Part shown: one piece after another, positions 1 to 10,881 of the stretch
How positions within the stretch are numbered: the stretch's first letter is position 1
Layout: each line of letters starts with the position of its first letter
Assembly (NCBI GenBank): GCA_964496425.1
Contig: CAZBZO010000005.1
Span: forward strand, 10,015-74,014
From: an uncultured Candidatus Saccharibacteria bacterium
GTDB taxonomy: Bacteria; Patescibacteriota; Minisyncoccia; Phycocordibacterales; UBA9973
DNA: 64,000 nt
Reading direction: 5' to 3'
Program-made: the position numbers and the translations under genes
Notes under the pieces: generated by a model
Seen by the model: only the letters and a program-made list of their open reading frames with translations
The model's database searches: none
Told to the model about the DNA's origin: nothing

Positions 1-294
1 CCAGACGACAATATAGATAAGCGCTAAAATGCCGAAGATAATGAGAGTGGAGAGGGCAAAGGTCGAATGTATTTCCACAATATCTCGTAGGGTCCCAGGA
101 GGAATTCCTTCTTCAGCAATGTTTCCCGTAATAAGAGCAAGAATACTACTTGCTGATCCAACAATAACTAACGTGGCTTTGATATAAAACCAGTACGAGA
201 GCGCTATAAGTTTTTTGAAGCGCAAAAGCTCGAGGATGGCGTATATCGTAAGGAGCGCGATCGGAAAATGAACAAAAATTGGGTGAAGATTCAT
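1..294 (-). CDS. DUF2231-like membrane protein, truncated by the window edge
   Basis: My translation of the minus strand from ATG 294 gives MNLHPIFVHFPIALLTIYAILE...IVEIHSTFA, with an HPxxVHFPIAL motif. TATACT lies 6 nt upstream of the ATG. Confidence 0.75.
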   Translation of the reverse strand, partial: MNLHPIFVHFPIALLTIYAILELLRFKKLIALSYWFYIKATLVIVGSASSILALITGNIAEEGIPPGTLRDIVEIHSTFALSTLIIFGILALIYIVVW

Positions 295-388
295 GTAAAA
301 AGTATAACACATTTGTCACGAGAGGTTGGGATGTCCGTCATACTAATCAAAGGTCGTTTAGCAGAGCTATCTTTTATATATTATATGT

Positions 389-438
389 GCGAAAAATAAA
401 AAATCTTCCTGCCTATCGGAGGATTTTTTATTTTTCGC
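389..438. repeat. Long AT-rich inverted repeat between divergent genes
   Basis: Perfect 17-bp arms GCGAAAAATAAAAAATC / GATTTTTTATTTTTCGC. The centre contains CCTGCCTATCGG, which resembles half of the REP at 2000. Confidence 0.8.
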
Positions 439-444
439 CTTGCC

Positions 445-473
445 TTGATCACCTTTATCGAATCATGTATAAT
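445..473 (+). promoter_or_regulatory. Sigma70-type promoter of guaB (probably leaderless mRNA)
   Basis: TTGATC-17 nt-TATAAT ends 5 nt before the ATG at 479. Confidence 0.7.
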
Positions 474-478
474 AGTGT

Positions 479-1942
479 ATGGCAAAAGTAGTCACTACTC
501 TCGAAGAAGCATTGACGTTTGACGACGTCCTCCTCGTGCCGGCGGCAAGCGATGTATTGCCTCGTGAAGTTTCTATTAAAACCCGTCTTTCAAGGCGGAT
601 TTCTTTAAATGTACCTCTTGTATCTGCTGCTATGGATACAGTTACCGATGCTCGCATGGCCATAGAGATGGCACGTTTGGGTGGCATTGGATTTCTCCAC
701 AAAAATATGTCGATTGCTGACCAAGCGCGTGAAGTACGTAAGGTCAAGCGAAGTGAAAATGGTCTCATTACTGATCCGATCACACTTTCCGACACTGCGA
801 TCGTTGGTGATGCAGTGATCATCATGCGGGAATTTCAGATCAAGGGTATCCCGATTGTCGATGACAACAAAAAACTTGTTGGTATTGTGACTCATCGCGA
901 TCTTCGCGAAAAACAACCGCTCGACAAACCAATCCGCGATATCATGACGACCCAGCTCGTTACTGCGCCCGAAGGTACTTCGCTCTCCGCTGCTCAAGAT
1001 ATTCTCCAAAAACATAAAATCGAAAAACTTCCTATCGTCAATAAAAAGAATGAACTTGTTGGCCTCATTACCTATCGTGATATTTTGAAAGTCCAAACAT
1101 ATCCACATGCAGCAAAAGATACAAAAGGAAGACTCTTGTGTGCAGCCGCAGTGGGTGTGACGTCCGACATGATTGACCGCATAGGTGCACTTGTAAAAGA
1201 AGGTGTCGATGTGGTGTGTATCGACACAGCCCACGGACACTCGAAAGGTGTCCTCAATGCTGTTCGCCAGGCTAAAAAAGCATTTAAAACTATTGATATT
1301 ATCGGCGGGAACGTGGCGACCGAAGAAGGCGCGAAAGCTCTTATCGACGCAGGCGTTGATGCCGTCAAAGTTGGCGTGGGTCCGGGCTCGATCTGTACGA
1401 CGCGGGTGGTGGCGGGTATTGGCGTGCCGCAGCTCTCGGCTATTATGGGTGCGGCACGTGCCTGTAAAAAAGCTGGTGTACCGCTCATCGGCGACGGCGG
1501 TATTCGTTATTCGGGAGATATTGTCAAAGCGCTGGCATCTGGAGCTGATACGGTGATGGCAGGAAGCATATTTGCTGGAGTTGAAGAATCTCCGGGTGAG
1601 ACAATTATTTTTGAAGGACGAAAATTTAAAACTTATCGTGGCATGGGATCCGTAGAAGCTATGAAACAAGGATCAAAAGATCGCTACTTCCAAGACGCTG
1701 AAGATGATTTGAAAAAACTCGTGCCGGAAGGTATTGTTGGTCGCGTCCCGTACAAAGGTACTCTTGCTGAAGAAATGACTCAAATGGTAGGAGGTTTGCG
1801 TGCCGGTATGGGCTACTGCGGAGCAAAGGATATCATGACACTTAAAAAAGCTAAATTTGTAAAAATCACTCAAGCCGGCAAAGCTGAAAGTCACCCCCAT
1901 GATGTGACTATCACGAAAGAAGCGCCAAACTATAGTAGCTAA
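479..1942 (+). CDS. guaB: IMP dehydrogenase with CBS pair
   Basis: [18 protein letters not shown], catalytic GPGSICTTR and YRGMGS motifs. Confidence 0.98.
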   Translation: MAKVVTTLEEALTFDDVLLVPAASDVLPREVSIKTRLSRRISLNVPLVSAAMDTVTDARMAIEMARLGGIGFLHKNMSIADQAREVRKVKRSENGLITDPITLSDTAIVGDAVIIMREFQIKGIPIVDDNKKLVGIVTHRDLREKQPLDKPIRDIMTTQLVTAPEGTSLSAAQDILQKHKIEKLPIVNKKNELVGLITYRDILKVQTYPHAAKDTKGRLLCAAAVGVTSDMIDRIGALVKEGVDVVCIDTAHGHSKGVLNAVRQAKKAFKTIDIIGGNVATEEGAKALIDAGVDAVKVGVGPGSICTTRVVAGIGVPQLSAIMGAARACKKAGVPLIGDGGIRYSGDIVKALASGADTVMAGSIFAGVEESPGETIIFEGRKFKTYRGMGSVEAMKQGSKDRYFQDAEDDLKKLVPEGIVGRVPYKGTLAEEMTQMVGGLRAGMGYCGAKDIMTLKKAKFVKITQAGKAESHPHDVTITKEAPNYSS

Positions 1943-1956
1943 AGGCTCGCTTGGCT

Positions 1957-2059
1957 CTGCTTTTTGGAAAACACATAAATTTCTGCAGAAATTTCGTTCC
2001 CTGCCTACCGGCAGGCAGGCTGCTCAGCTCGCCAGCTTCCGCAAGTTTCCAAAAAGCAG
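1957..2059. repeat. Structured intergenic element, copy A
   Basis: Perfect 14-bp terminal inverted repeat CTGCTTTTTGGAAA/TTTCCAAAAAGCAG. Core 1974-2000 matches 25933-25959 at 24/27 nt. Confidence 0.75.
2000..2019. repeat. REP-like palindrome CCTGCCTACCGGCAGGCAGG
   Basis: 7-bp arms CCTGCCT/AGGCAGG. Absent from the homologous element at 25912-26035. Confidence 0.8.
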
Positions 2060-2207
2060 GCCTGCGTTCGCTATTTATTTCGAGCGCGCTATACTAGGAG
2101 TATCTCTTCCTGGGCGTCACGGATGTCTCTATCCGCTCGTCTATATGAGATGTAAGACGCAATGTCTTACCTTATAAATAATGAGGAATAAATAGGAAAG
2201 AAAAAAT

Positions 2208-2633
2208 ATGAAAAACAAGATTATTGTTGGACTTCTCGCTCTCGCATTTTTGGTTGGTGGTTCTCAGGCTCATGCTCAGACTCCAGCGGCTACACGAACT
2301 CCAGGAGAAATTATTAGTCGCATGGATGATATCTACGCACGGGTAGGTGATTTTCTAAATAGATTGAGTGCTATTTCGGACAAACTCGAAGCAAATGGCC
2401 GTGATGTTTCAGAAATCGATACTGCAATAAGTGTTGCTGGAAATCTCCGAAGTAAAGCTCAAACAGAAATTAATGAATTTAAAGCTGCGCGTACTGCTGC
2501 AGGTGACGTAATGAATGCTTCTGTCATGAAAGAAGGCCGTGAAGCAAAACAAGCTATTATTGACTTTCTTCAAGCAGTAAAGGCGATCCACACTAAAGCG
2601 CTCGCGACTTTTGGTGATCGCGCTCAGAACTAA
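2208..2633 (+). CDS. Secreted helical hypothetical protein
   Basis: Signal peptide ending AHA-Q followed by an amphipathic helical sequence. Confidence 0.75.
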   Translation: MKNKIIVGLLALAFLVGGSQAHAQTPAATRTPGEIISRMDDIYARVGDFLNRLSAISDKLEANGRDVSEIDTAISVAGNLRSKAQTEINEFKAARTAAGDVMNASVMKEGREAKQAIIDFLQAVKAIHTKALATFGDRAQN

Positions 2634-2684
2634 ATTTATTAGTAATATACGTGCTCATCCGAGTACGTATCCTAAATAATTTCT

Positions 2685-2936
2685 ATGGATAATACACAAA
2701 AAAGTAATAATGGTCTCATTTGGGCAGTTGTTATTATCGTCTTGGTGATTGTTGTTGGGGTTTTCGCTATGAAAGGTAAAAACTCTACAATGAATTATGG
2801 TAACAACACAGGTACAGATCAAGTAGGGGGATCGGCTTCGACCGATGCTGAAGTACAAGCTGAGCTCAATTCAATTGGGTCAGGTCTCGGCCAAACAGAG
2901 AGTGAAGCGAACACAGTTGATGGTGGGACTCTCTAA
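2685..2936 (+). CDS. Small single-pass membrane protein
   Basis: N-terminal hydrophobic helix with a Ser/Thr/Gly-rich tail. Confidence 0.7.
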   Translation: MDNTQKSNNGLIWAVVIIVLVIVVGVFAMKGKNSTMNYGNNTGTDQVGGSASTDAEVQAELNSIGSGLGQTESEANTVDGGTL

Positions 2937-2964
2937 ATAACCTACTCTTAAACTGAAATTTGAT

Positions 2965-2995
2965 GCAAAAACCACCATTCTATGGTGGTTTTTGC
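2965..2995 (+). terminator. Intrinsic terminator (possibly bidirectional)
   Basis: GCAAAAACCACCAT-tct-ATGGTGGTTTTTGC. Confidence 0.75.
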
Positions 2996-3080
2996 TTGTG
3001 TGAGTATGAAGAGTTGGGTCGCTTGTGGCTTTCCTTTAAATTTTGGAACAAAATCTACTAGCATGTATACTGTACGTGTT

Positions 3081-4385
3081 ATGAAAAATACTCACACTGT
3101 TGATGTTGTGCTCGGACTCCAATGGGGCGATGAAGGTAAGGGGAAAATCGTCGATGCGCTTGCTCGTGACTACGATCTCGTGGCGCGCTTTCAAGGTGGG
3201 CCGAACGCTGGGCATACGCTCGAATTTGATGGCAAACACATCGTCCTCCACACTATTCCGTCTGGAGTATTTGTTGGTGCGACCAACTTGATTGGTGCCA
3301 ATGTCGTGCTTGATCCAATAAGTTTTGTAGAGGAGCTTGCCCAGGTGGAGCCGCTCGTCAAAAATATTCGCGAGGTTCTCCTCATTGCCCGTGAAGTCAA
3401 CATTATTATTCCGACCCATAAAATTCTCGACAAGGCTGCAGAAGTGGCTAAAGGTGAAGCTAAAATCGGCACAACTTTGCGAGGAATCGGGCCGGCATAT
3501 ATGGATAAAACCGGCCGCAATGGACTTCGCATTGGATACATCAGCGCGCCTGACTTTGCTACTCGATACGAAATGCTTAAAACCAAACACTTGAAACTAC
3601 TCGAAGCTCAAGGGTTTCTTGTGGATGCGGAGCTACTTTCAAAAAACGAAAAGGAATTTTTTGAAGCTATTGAAGTCATTAAAACATTTACACTTGCTAA
3701 CTGCTCCACGTATATGAATACTGCAATTGATGCTGGTAAGAAAATTTTAGGTGAAGGAGCACAGGGAAGCATGCTTGATATCGATCATGGATTTGTCTAT
3801 CCATTTGTGACCTCGTCGAGCACGACGTCGGCTGGCATGTGTACTGGGCTTGGTATTGCACCGCAGAAAATCGGTCGTGTGATCGGCATTACCAAAGCCT
3901 ACTGCACTCGCGTGGGTTCTGGTCCGTTTCCAACAAAGCTCACTGATGAATGGGGAGAAAAATTAAGACAGATTGGCCATGAATTTGGTGCGACGACCGG
4001 CCGACCGCGCGACTGCGGCTGGATCGATCTGCCTGTCCTCAAAAAAGCAATTTTACTCTCTGGTGTGACCGAAATCGCTATTACCAAGCTCGACATTTTA
4101 GATACTTTTGAAGAGATCAAGGTTTGCACGGCCTACTCTATAGATGGAGTGGAAACGACCGAGCTGCCGTTTGACCCAAATCTTTCTGTTATGACGCCAG
4201 TTTATAAAACCTTCCCTGGTTGGCAGACGTCGATTAAAGCGGCGACATCGTATGAGGCATTGCCAGAGAATTTAAAAACATTTGTTTCGTATCTTGAAAC
4301 CGAGCTTGGTGTACGGGCGACGTATCTTTCTACGGGCCCTGAGCGGGAAGCGACCATTATTCGCAATCGTACTGAAGTGGCATGA
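3081..4385 (+). CDS. purA: Adenylosuccinate synthetase
   Basis: QWGDEGKGK, GGPNAGHT, EGAQG and GATTGRPR motifs. Start moved to MKNTHT, downstream of TATACT. Confidence 0.97.
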   Translation: MKNTHTVDVVLGLQWGDEGKGKIVDALARDYDLVARFQGGPNAGHTLEFDGKHIVLHTIPSGVFVGATNLIGANVVLDPISFVEELAQVEPLVKNIREVLLIAREVNIIIPTHKILDKAAEVAKGEAKIGTTLRGIGPAYMDKTGRNGLRIGYISAPDFATRYEMLKTKHLKLLEAQGFLVDAELLSKNEKEFFEAIEVIKTFTLANCSTYMNTAIDAGKKILGEGAQGSMLDIDHGFVYPFVTSSSTTSAGMCTGLGIAPQKIGRVIGITKAYCTRVGSGPFPTKLTDEWGEKLRQIGHEFGATTGRPRDCGWIDLPVLKKAILLSGVTEIAITKLDILDTFEEIKVCTAYSIDGVETTELPFDPNLSVMTPVYKTFPGWQTSIKAATSYEALPENLKTFVSYLETELGVRATYLSTGPEREATIIRNRTEVA

Positions 4386-7351
4386 TTTCGAGAATTGATA
4401 TTCTAACCATCGGTTCCGACGGACGAGCGCTCGTCAAAGAGAAATTATTTTCCAATGTTGTAGGGCGACCCTTAGCTGTCACTATACTCAACTCATATCT
4501 TATCGAAGCTTCACTTTCTGATTCAGCCCTTTCAAAAGTAGCCATACTACTCACCAACCCAGTCCTTGAAGAGGCATACGTAAATAAAAATCCGCTTAAA
4601 AATAAATTTTCATATGCGATTGAAATCGGATTTTTGCCAGGCGTAACAGATAATGTCGCAGCGACAGTCCGCGAGACGATCGAGGACGCTTTGAAGAGAA
4701 AATTTAAACCAAGTGAAGGAGTGTATACAAGCACAGTTTTTATTATTTCAGGTGTATTTTCGCAAGAGGATGTAGAAAAAATCGCTAGTGCACTCTACAA
4801 TCCACTGATTGAGCGTGCCAGTATTATTCCATATCAAGAATTTTCCAAAACAAAAAAGTTTCCTACTCGCGTGGCAAAAGTGAAGCTTCATGATACTGCG
4901 AGTGCTGACCGTGTCGATCTTGACGTGTCTGATGCTGAGCTTGCTCGTATCGGCAAAGAAGGCGTCGCCAACGCCGACGGGACGCGCCGCGGACCATTGG
5001 CGCTCGGACTTTCTGAAATGAAAGTAATCCAAGAATATTTTCGTGCCGCAAAACGTAAACCGACTGATATCGAACTTGAATCTTTAGCACAGACGTGGAG
5101 CGAGCACTGCAAGCATACGATTTTCGCTTCACCACTGGATGAAATAAAAGACGGACTGTATAAAACATATATCAAAGGTGCGACCAATCAAATCCGAAAG
5201 AAAAAAGGGAAGAGTGATTTCTGTGTCTCAGTATTTTCTGACAATTCAGGCGCCATAGTTTTCGATGAAAAATATTTGATCACGCACAAAGTCGAAACTC
5301 ACAATTCGCCATCAGCGCTCGATCCCTTTGGTGGAGCGATCACGGGTATTGTTGGGGTCAATCGCGATGCTATGGGATTTGGTCTGGGTGCTAAGCCGAT
5401 CGCTAACACGTATGGATTTTGTTTAGCTCTGCCTGCCGATACTCGGCCACTGTATCGCGATAGTGCTCTCACGCAAAAAATGTTGCCACCCGCGCGGATC
5501 ATGGAAGGTGTGATCAAAGGCATCAATGCTGGTGGCAATTGCTCCGGGATTCCGACACCTGACGGATTTGTATTTTTCGATGAACGTTATCGCGGCAAAC
5601 CCCTTGTATTTGCCGGTACCGTCGGACTGATTCCCCGAAAAATTCATGGTAAACGCTCAGATATCAAAAAAGCTAAAGCAGGAGACTTGATTGTAATGGT
5701 CGGGGGACGAGTCGGTGCCGATGGTATTCACGGCGCTACATTTTCTTCGGTGGAAATGGACTCTGGTTCTCCCGCTACCGCAGTCCAGATCGGAGACCCG
5801 ATCACTGAGAAAAAATTCTCCGATGCCTTAGTCAAAGAAGCTCGCGATCAAGAGCTCTACCATAGTATTACCGACAACGGTGCTGGCGGACTTTCTTGTT
5901 CGGTTGCGGAAATGGCAAAAGAATGTGGGGGAGCGATTGTTGATCTTGAAAAAGTACCACTGAAATATCCAGGGCTTGCGCCATGGGAGATTTGGATCTC
6001 CGAATCCCAAGAGCGCATGACGCTTGCGGTGCCGAAAAGTAAATGGAAAGCATTTAAGGCTCTCATGGATCGCCGTGGCGTGGAAGCAACAGCGATTGGC
6101 ACGTTTACTGCTTCCGGTTGTTGTGTTGTTAGCTATCAAAAAAAGAAAATCATGGATATTCCGCTCTCATTTCTGCATGACGGATTGCCTTTAAGGCATC
6201 TCGTGAGTAAAGAAGAGAAGAAGATACACCCTGAGCCGCCAAAGCAAAACAATTCATCACTTACTACTGTGCTTACTCATATGTTGGCGCGACCAAATAT
6301 TGCGAGTCGGGCATTTATAACCACGCAATACGATCATGAAGTTCAATCAGGATCGGTTGTGAAGCCATTGGTCGGAGCTGGTAGCGTCGATAACGACGGA
6401 GCAGTGATAAAGCCAGTACTTTCTTCTCGTCGTGGCGCCGTGCTTTCTCATGGCATAGTGCCGGTGTATTCGGACATCGATACCTATCATATGGGAGCAG
6501 CTGCTATTGATACAGCAGTGCGTAATGCCATCGCTCTTGGTGCGTCACTCGACTACCTCGCCATCCTCGACAATACTTGCTGGTGCAGTTCGGATGACCC
6601 TGTGCGGCTCTACGAGCTTAAACAGGCTATCAAAGCGTGCTATGACTATGCACTCATCTACGGCACGCCATATATCTCCGGCAAAGACAGTATGTTCAAC
6701 GATTTTAAAGGTTACGACGAAAAAGGTAGCCCGATAAAAATTTCTATTCCGCCAACACTTTTGATTTCATCTATCGGCGTGATAAAAGATATTCGAAAAG
6801 CTATTACCCTTGATCCAAAAATGCCGGGTGACTTAGTGTATCTCCTTGGCGAAACACATGACGAACTTGGCGCCTCGGAATACTTTGCGTTTATTTCAGA
6901 TATGGCTAAGAAAAAATATGTTGGCAACAATATTCCGGAAGTTGATGGTGTACGAAACAAAAAACTCTATCAATCATTTGAAAAAGCTGGAGCAAGTGGG
7001 CTAATTGCTTCAGCCATATCCGTCGGTCGGGGAGGGCTCGGTGTAGTGCTTTCAAAAATGGCGATTGCAAGTGGGCTAGGACTTGAAATTAGCCTGAAAG
7101 GTATCCCAGGCAAAGTATCGCAGAACGATTTTGCACTTTTCTCCGAATCCCAAGGTCGCATCGTGGTGACGATTGATCCGAAAAATAAGAAGAAATTTGA
7201 AGCACATTTCAAAGGCCAAGCGATTAAACTCATTGGGAAAGTACGAGCGGATAAAAAAGTGACGATAGCAGGCCTCTCAGGACGAAATACGGTTGATACT
7301 ACGGTTTCCGCACTCGATCAGGCATACAAAAAAACTTTCAAGAATTACTAA
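4382..7351 (+). CDS. purL: FGAM synthase subunit PurL with a probable fused PurS-like N-terminus
   Basis: QTWSEHCKH, KVETHNSPS, DNGAGG, SESQERM and ISGKDS motifs. N-terminal PGVTDN region. No glutaminase domain. Confidence 0.95.
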   Translation: MISRIDILTIGSDGRALVKEKLFSNVVGRPLAVTILNSYLIEASLSDSALSKVAILLTNPVLEEAYVNKNPLKNKFSYAIEIGFLPGVTDNVAATVRETIEDALKRKFKPSEGVYTSTVFIISGVFSQEDVEKIASALYNPLIERASIIPYQEFSKTKKFPTRVAKVKLHDTASADRVDLDVSDAELARIGKEGVANADGTRRGPLALGLSEMKVIQEYFRAAKRKPTDIELESLAQTWSEHCKHTIFASPLDEIKDGLYKTYIKGATNQIRKKKGKSDFCVSVFSDNSGAIVFDEKYLITHKVETHNSPSALDPFGGAITGIVGVNRDAMGFGLGAKPIANTYGFCLALPADTRPLYRDSALTQKMLPPARIMEGVIKGINAGGNCSGIPTPDGFVFFDERYRGKPLVFAGTVGLIPRKIHGKRSDIKKAKAGDLIVMVGGRVGADGIHGATFSSVEMDSGSPATAVQIGDPITEKKFSDALVKEARDQELYHSITDNGAGGLSCSVAEMAKECGGAIVDLEKVPLKYPGLAPWEIWISESQERMTLAVPKSKWKAFKALMDRRGVEATAIGTFTASGCCVVSYQKKKIMDIPLSFLHDGLPLRHLVSKEEKKIHPEPPKQNNSSLTTVLTHMLARPNIASRAFITTQYDHEVQSGSVVKPLVGAGSVDNDGAVIKPVLSSRRGAVLSHGIVPVYSDIDTYHMGAAAIDTAVRNAIALGASLDYLAILDNTCWCSSDDPVRLYELKQAIKACYDYALIYGTPYISGKDSMFNDFKGYDEKGSPIKISIPPTLLISSIGVIKDIRKAITLDPKMPGDLVYLLGETHDELGASEYFAFISDMAKKKYVGNNIPEVDGVRNKKLYQSFEKAGASGLIASAISVGRGGLGVVLSKMAIASGLGLEISLKGIPGKVSQNDFALFSESQGRIVVTIDPKNKKKFEAHFKGQAIKLIGKVRADKKVTIAGLSGRNTVDTTVSALDQAYKKTFKNY

Positions 7352-7352
7352 T

Positions 7353-9104
7353 ATGGAAACTCGTACCTGTCAAAACTGCAAATCTGATTTTTCAGTTGAA
7401 TCAGATGATTTTGCATTTTATGAAAAAATCAAAGTTCCTCCGCCGACGTTTTGTCTGCTGTGTAGATATAAGCGACGTATTATTTGGCGCAATGTCCGAC
7501 ATTTATTTCGAGGTATAGATGCAATAACAAAAAAAGAGATATTTACGGGGATTCCTCCCGAAGCCAATCATACTTTATACGAGCAGTCATATTGGAATAG
7601 TGATAATTGGGATCCTTTGGATTATGGAAAGGAATATGATTTTTCTACTCCTTTTTTCCAACAATTGCACGATCTGTATTATTCGGTTCCGTGTCCAGCA
7701 AAATCTATGCAGCGATGTATCAATTCGGATTATTCGAATCAATGCGACGATATGAAGAACACGTATCTTTGTTTTAACGCTACTTTTATGGAAGATAGCG
7801 CATATTGTTGCAATGGAAGTGTTTTGAAAAACTGTTTTGATCTCACAAGTTGTTATAACAGTGAATTTTGTTACGACAATGTCCGGGTGGACAAAAGTTA
7901 CCACACAATAGGATCTATTACGTGCGAGAGTTGTGTTGATGTATGGTTCTCAAAAAATTGCATAGGATGTACTGATTGTTTTGGGTGTGTAAATCAACGA
8001 AATGCGACATATCGAATTTACAACAAACAATATTCCAAAGAAGATTATTTCGAAAAAATTAAATCTTTGAATCTTAATACGTGGTTAGGTTTTTCTGCTG
8101 CGCAAAAACAAGCTGAAGATTTTTGGAATACATTTCCCCTTAAATACATGCTAGGATTTCGGAACCAGGATGTATTAGGTGAAGATATTAAAGATAGTAA
8201 GAATGTAAAATACTCTTATATTGTCCAACGGGGCGAGAATTTAAAATACGTTCAAGATGTCCCATTTGGTGGTGCCAGCAATTCATATGATTATACATCG
8301 TGGGGAGTGAGCGCATCTCAACTCTATGAATGTATGGTTTGTGGTGAACAAGTGGATAAGCTGAAATTTTGTTTTGAATGTTGGCCAGGTTGTCAAGAAC
8401 TTGAATACTGTATCCATGTACGTCGTTCAAAAAATTGTTTTGGCTGCGTCGGGGTGAAAGATAAACAATATTGCATTTTCAATGTTCAGTATTCTAAAGA
8501 AGAATATGAAAAGCTCGTTCTAAAAATAAAAGAGCATATGGATCAAATGCCATATAAAGATAAAAGAGGTAACACATATACATATGGTGAATTTTTCCCG
8601 AGTGAATTTTCTCCTTTTTCCTACAATCAAACACTTCTCAATGATCAATTTCCATCTACTAAGAAGGGTACTGAAGAAGAAGGATTTCTCTGGCGCGATA
8701 CTCTCGGTCGGGAGTATGAAACCACAATGAAAGCAGGAGATCTTCCAGAGAGAATTTTAGACGTAGGAGAGGATATCACCAAAGAACTTATTGCTTGTGT
8801 TTCTTGTAGTAAGGCGTATCGGATTATTGCAAATGAATTTCAATTTCTTAAAAATCTTTCCTTGCCACTTCCACGAATGTGTGTAGACTGTAGGTTCGCA
8901 CGGCGTCAAACGTTTATGGTGCCGCCGGTTTTGCATGAAGAAACATGTCACTGCGGCGGGTCTCGCTCGATAAATCAAGAATACCAAAATACCGAAATAC
9001 ATTTTCATGGCGCCGGCAAATGTCCCAATACTTTCCAAACAGCGTATGATCCAGAGAAAGAGATAATTTATTGCGAAGATTGTTATAAGAAAGAAGTATT
9101 TTAA
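7353..9104 (+). CDS. Large Cys-rich protein (zinc-ribbon ends, Cys-repeat core), copy 1
   Basis: CQNC..FYEKIKVPPPTFCLLCR, two CFGCV repeats and a terminal YCEDCY. Start moved to METRTC. Confidence 0.85.
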   Translation: METRTCQNCKSDFSVESDDFAFYEKIKVPPPTFCLLCRYKRRIIWRNVRHLFRGIDAITKKEIFTGIPPEANHTLYEQSYWNSDNWDPLDYGKEYDFSTPFFQQLHDLYYSVPCPAKSMQRCINSDYSNQCDDMKNTYLCFNATFMEDSAYCCNGSVLKNCFDLTSCYNSEFCYDNVRVDKSYHTIGSITCESCVDVWFSKNCIGCTDCFGCVNQRNATYRIYNKQYSKEDYFEKIKSLNLNTWLGFSAAQKQAEDFWNTFPLKYMLGFRNQDVLGEDIKDSKNVKYSYIVQRGENLKYVQDVPFGGASNSYDYTSWGVSASQLYECMVCGEQVDKLKFCFECWPGCQELEYCIHVRRSKNCFGCVGVKDKQYCIFNVQYSKEEYEKLVLKIKEHMDQMPYKDKRGNTYTYGEFFPSEFSPFSYNQTLLNDQFPSTKKGTEEEGFLWRDTLGREYETTMKAGDLPERILDVGEDITKELIACVSCSKAYRIIANEFQFLKNLSLPLPRMCVDCRFARRQTFMVPPVLHEETCHCGGSRSINQEYQNTEIHFHGAGKCPNTFQTAYDPEKEIIYCEDCYKKEVF

Positions 9105-9105
9105 T

Positions 9106-10881
9106 ATGGAATCTAAAGTAGAAACAACCAAAACAGAACATTTTTCTTGGCTCGATGTGCCGAAGGCGATTTGGTATTTTCTTGATAAAGATAAAGCGAA
9201 ATTTGGCGTTTTCTTTTTTATTTTACTCGGTATTTTTTTCTACGATCTCGTACCTGTATATATTGTAGGAAAGATCGTTGATTTTTTTACTGCGTATACA
9301 CCAGGGCAATCTCTCAATTTGTTCTACTTCTATTCCTTTTTTGTTGGCTCTACGTGGATACTTGCCGCAATAATTCGCAATTATGCAAAAAATAGAATAA
9401 TGAGAATAGGTCAACATGCTCGATCAAATGCACGGATATGGGGGTTTGAGCGTCTTACAGAATTTTCACTTGAATGGCACAACAAGGAAAATACTGGCAA
9501 TAAACTTCAGCGAATTTTCACGGGCTCAGATGCGATTTACGAATTGATGAAAATAATACGAAGCAGATTGTTAAAAATTGCTTCAAGTATCGTGGGGGTA
9601 TTGGCGGTTTTCGTTTTTACAGATATAAAATTTGTCGTGCTAGTTTTTATATATAGTGCTGTATATTTATATGCTGAGTTTATTATCAGTAAGAGAATTT
9701 TTAGATTGAGTAATGAATTTAATACTCTAAATCAGTCAGCAAGTGGAACATACATGGAAAGTGCAGGCAACATACTCTCAGTGAAAGCGCTCGGTGGAGA
9801 GAGCGGTATCGTCAATCGTGTAATGAATAGAGAAATTCTTTCGAGGAACATTTCTATAAAAAAACTCAATGCGAACAGTTTTAAATGGCGAGTCTTAAAC
9901 GTTATTAGCGGCGCTGCGATCGGAGTATTCTTATTAATGACAGGATTTTCTGTACTTTCATCAGCGTTGACTTTAGGAATGGTTCTTGTGTTTTACACTT
10001 ATTTCTCAAAACTCGGTGAATCATTGGCAGATATGAGCGATTTACATTCTGACATGCTAGACGTGCGGTCAAATTTGGCACATATGATGCCGATATTTCG
10101 TGAGACGGAATTTATTAAAACCGGTAATGAAAGTTTCCCAGAATATTGGAATGCGATCAAGATAAATAACATTTCGATGGATTATGGATCAGGCCAGCAT
10201 GGACTCAAGGATTTTAGTTTAGAAATCGCACGTAATTCTAAAGTGGGCATTGCTGGGACCTCCGGCTCGGGTAAGTCGACGCTTGCGAAAATTATTTTGG
10301 GACTCTATAAAATCAAATCGGGTGGAATTCATGTAGGTGAGAGGGATTATTATGATATTTCCCACAACGACATGCTCGATCATATTACTGTTGTCCTCCA
10401 AGAAACCGAGCTTTTTAATCTTTCACTTCGCGAAAACATTACTATGATGCGGACCGAAAATAGCGAGCTTTTAAATCGTGCTGTAGAAATCTCCGAGCTC
10501 GGCGCGGTGATCGACCGTTTGCCTGAAGGTCTCGATGCCAAAATCGGGGAGAAGGGCTACATGCTCTCCGGCGGCGAACGCCAACGCCTCGGTATTGCTC
10601 GAGCGATTTATAAAAATGCCCCGATTATTCTCCTTGACGAAGCCACCTCAGCGCTTGATAGTGAGACTGAAGGCAAGATCATGGCAAAGCTTTTGGGTGA
10701 GTATGGCAAGGATAAGACATTTGTTATTATTGCTCACAGGCTAGGTACATTACGCTACACGGACCGCATTGCCGTGGTAGCCGATGGCAGCGTGGTGGAA
10801 GAGGGGAATTACACCGAACTCATGAGTAAACCGAAGTCATATTTTTCTCGGATGAATCAAGAGAAAAGTCAGAATATATGA
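9106..10881 (+). CDS. ABC exporter, fused permease/ATPase
   Basis: N-terminal TM helices, Walker A GTSGSGKS, signature LSGGERQR, LLDEATSALD and IAHRL. Confidence 0.95.
   Translation: MESKVETTKTEHFSWLDVPKAIWYFLDKDKAKFGVFFFILLGIFFYDLVPVYIVGKIVDFFTAYTPGQSLNLFYFYSFFVGSTWILAAIIRNYAKNRIMRIGQHARSNARIWGFERLTEFSLEWHNKENTGNKLQRIFTGSDAIYELMKIIRSRLLKIASSIVGVLAVFVFTDIKFVVLVFIYSAVYLYAEFIISKRIFRLSNEFNTLNQSASGTYMESAGNILSVKALGGESGIVNRVMNREILSRNISIKKLNANSFKWRVLNVISGAAIGVFLLMTGFSVLSSALTLGMVLVFYTYFSKLGESLADMSDLHSDMLDVRSNLAHMMPIFRETEFIKTGNESFPEYWNAIKINNISMDYGSGQHGLKDFSLEIARNSKVGIAGTSGSGKSTLAKIILGLYKIKSGGIHVGERDYYDISHNDMLDHITVVLQETELFNLSLRENITMMRTENSELLNRAVEISELGAVIDRLPEGLDAKIGEKGYMLSGGERQRLGIARAIYKNAPIILLDEATSALDSETEGKIMAKLLGEYGKDKTFVIIAHRLGTLRYTDRIAVVADGSVVEEGNYTELMSKPKSYFSRMNQEKSQNI

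Noticed and set aside
295-478. Purine or ZTP riboswitch upstream of guaB (also checked purE, purH and 2089-2207)
   Set aside because: No consensus aptamer core. The guaB -10 box sits 5 nt from the ATG, leaving no leader.
605-1669. Long antisense ORF (354 aa) and the many other overlapping ORFs in the track, e.g. 32824-33498 and 50586-51137
   Set aside because: They are shadows of well-supported genes on the other strand or frame, with no recognisable motifs.
3081-4385. PurZ (2-aminoadenine, Z-genome) instead of PurA
   Set aside because: It has the canonical QWGDEGKGK with Asp, not the Ser of PurZ, and no phage context.
4382-7351. Missing purS as a pathway gap
   Set aside because: The ~170-aa N-terminal extension of PurL looks PurS-like and probably supplies the function.
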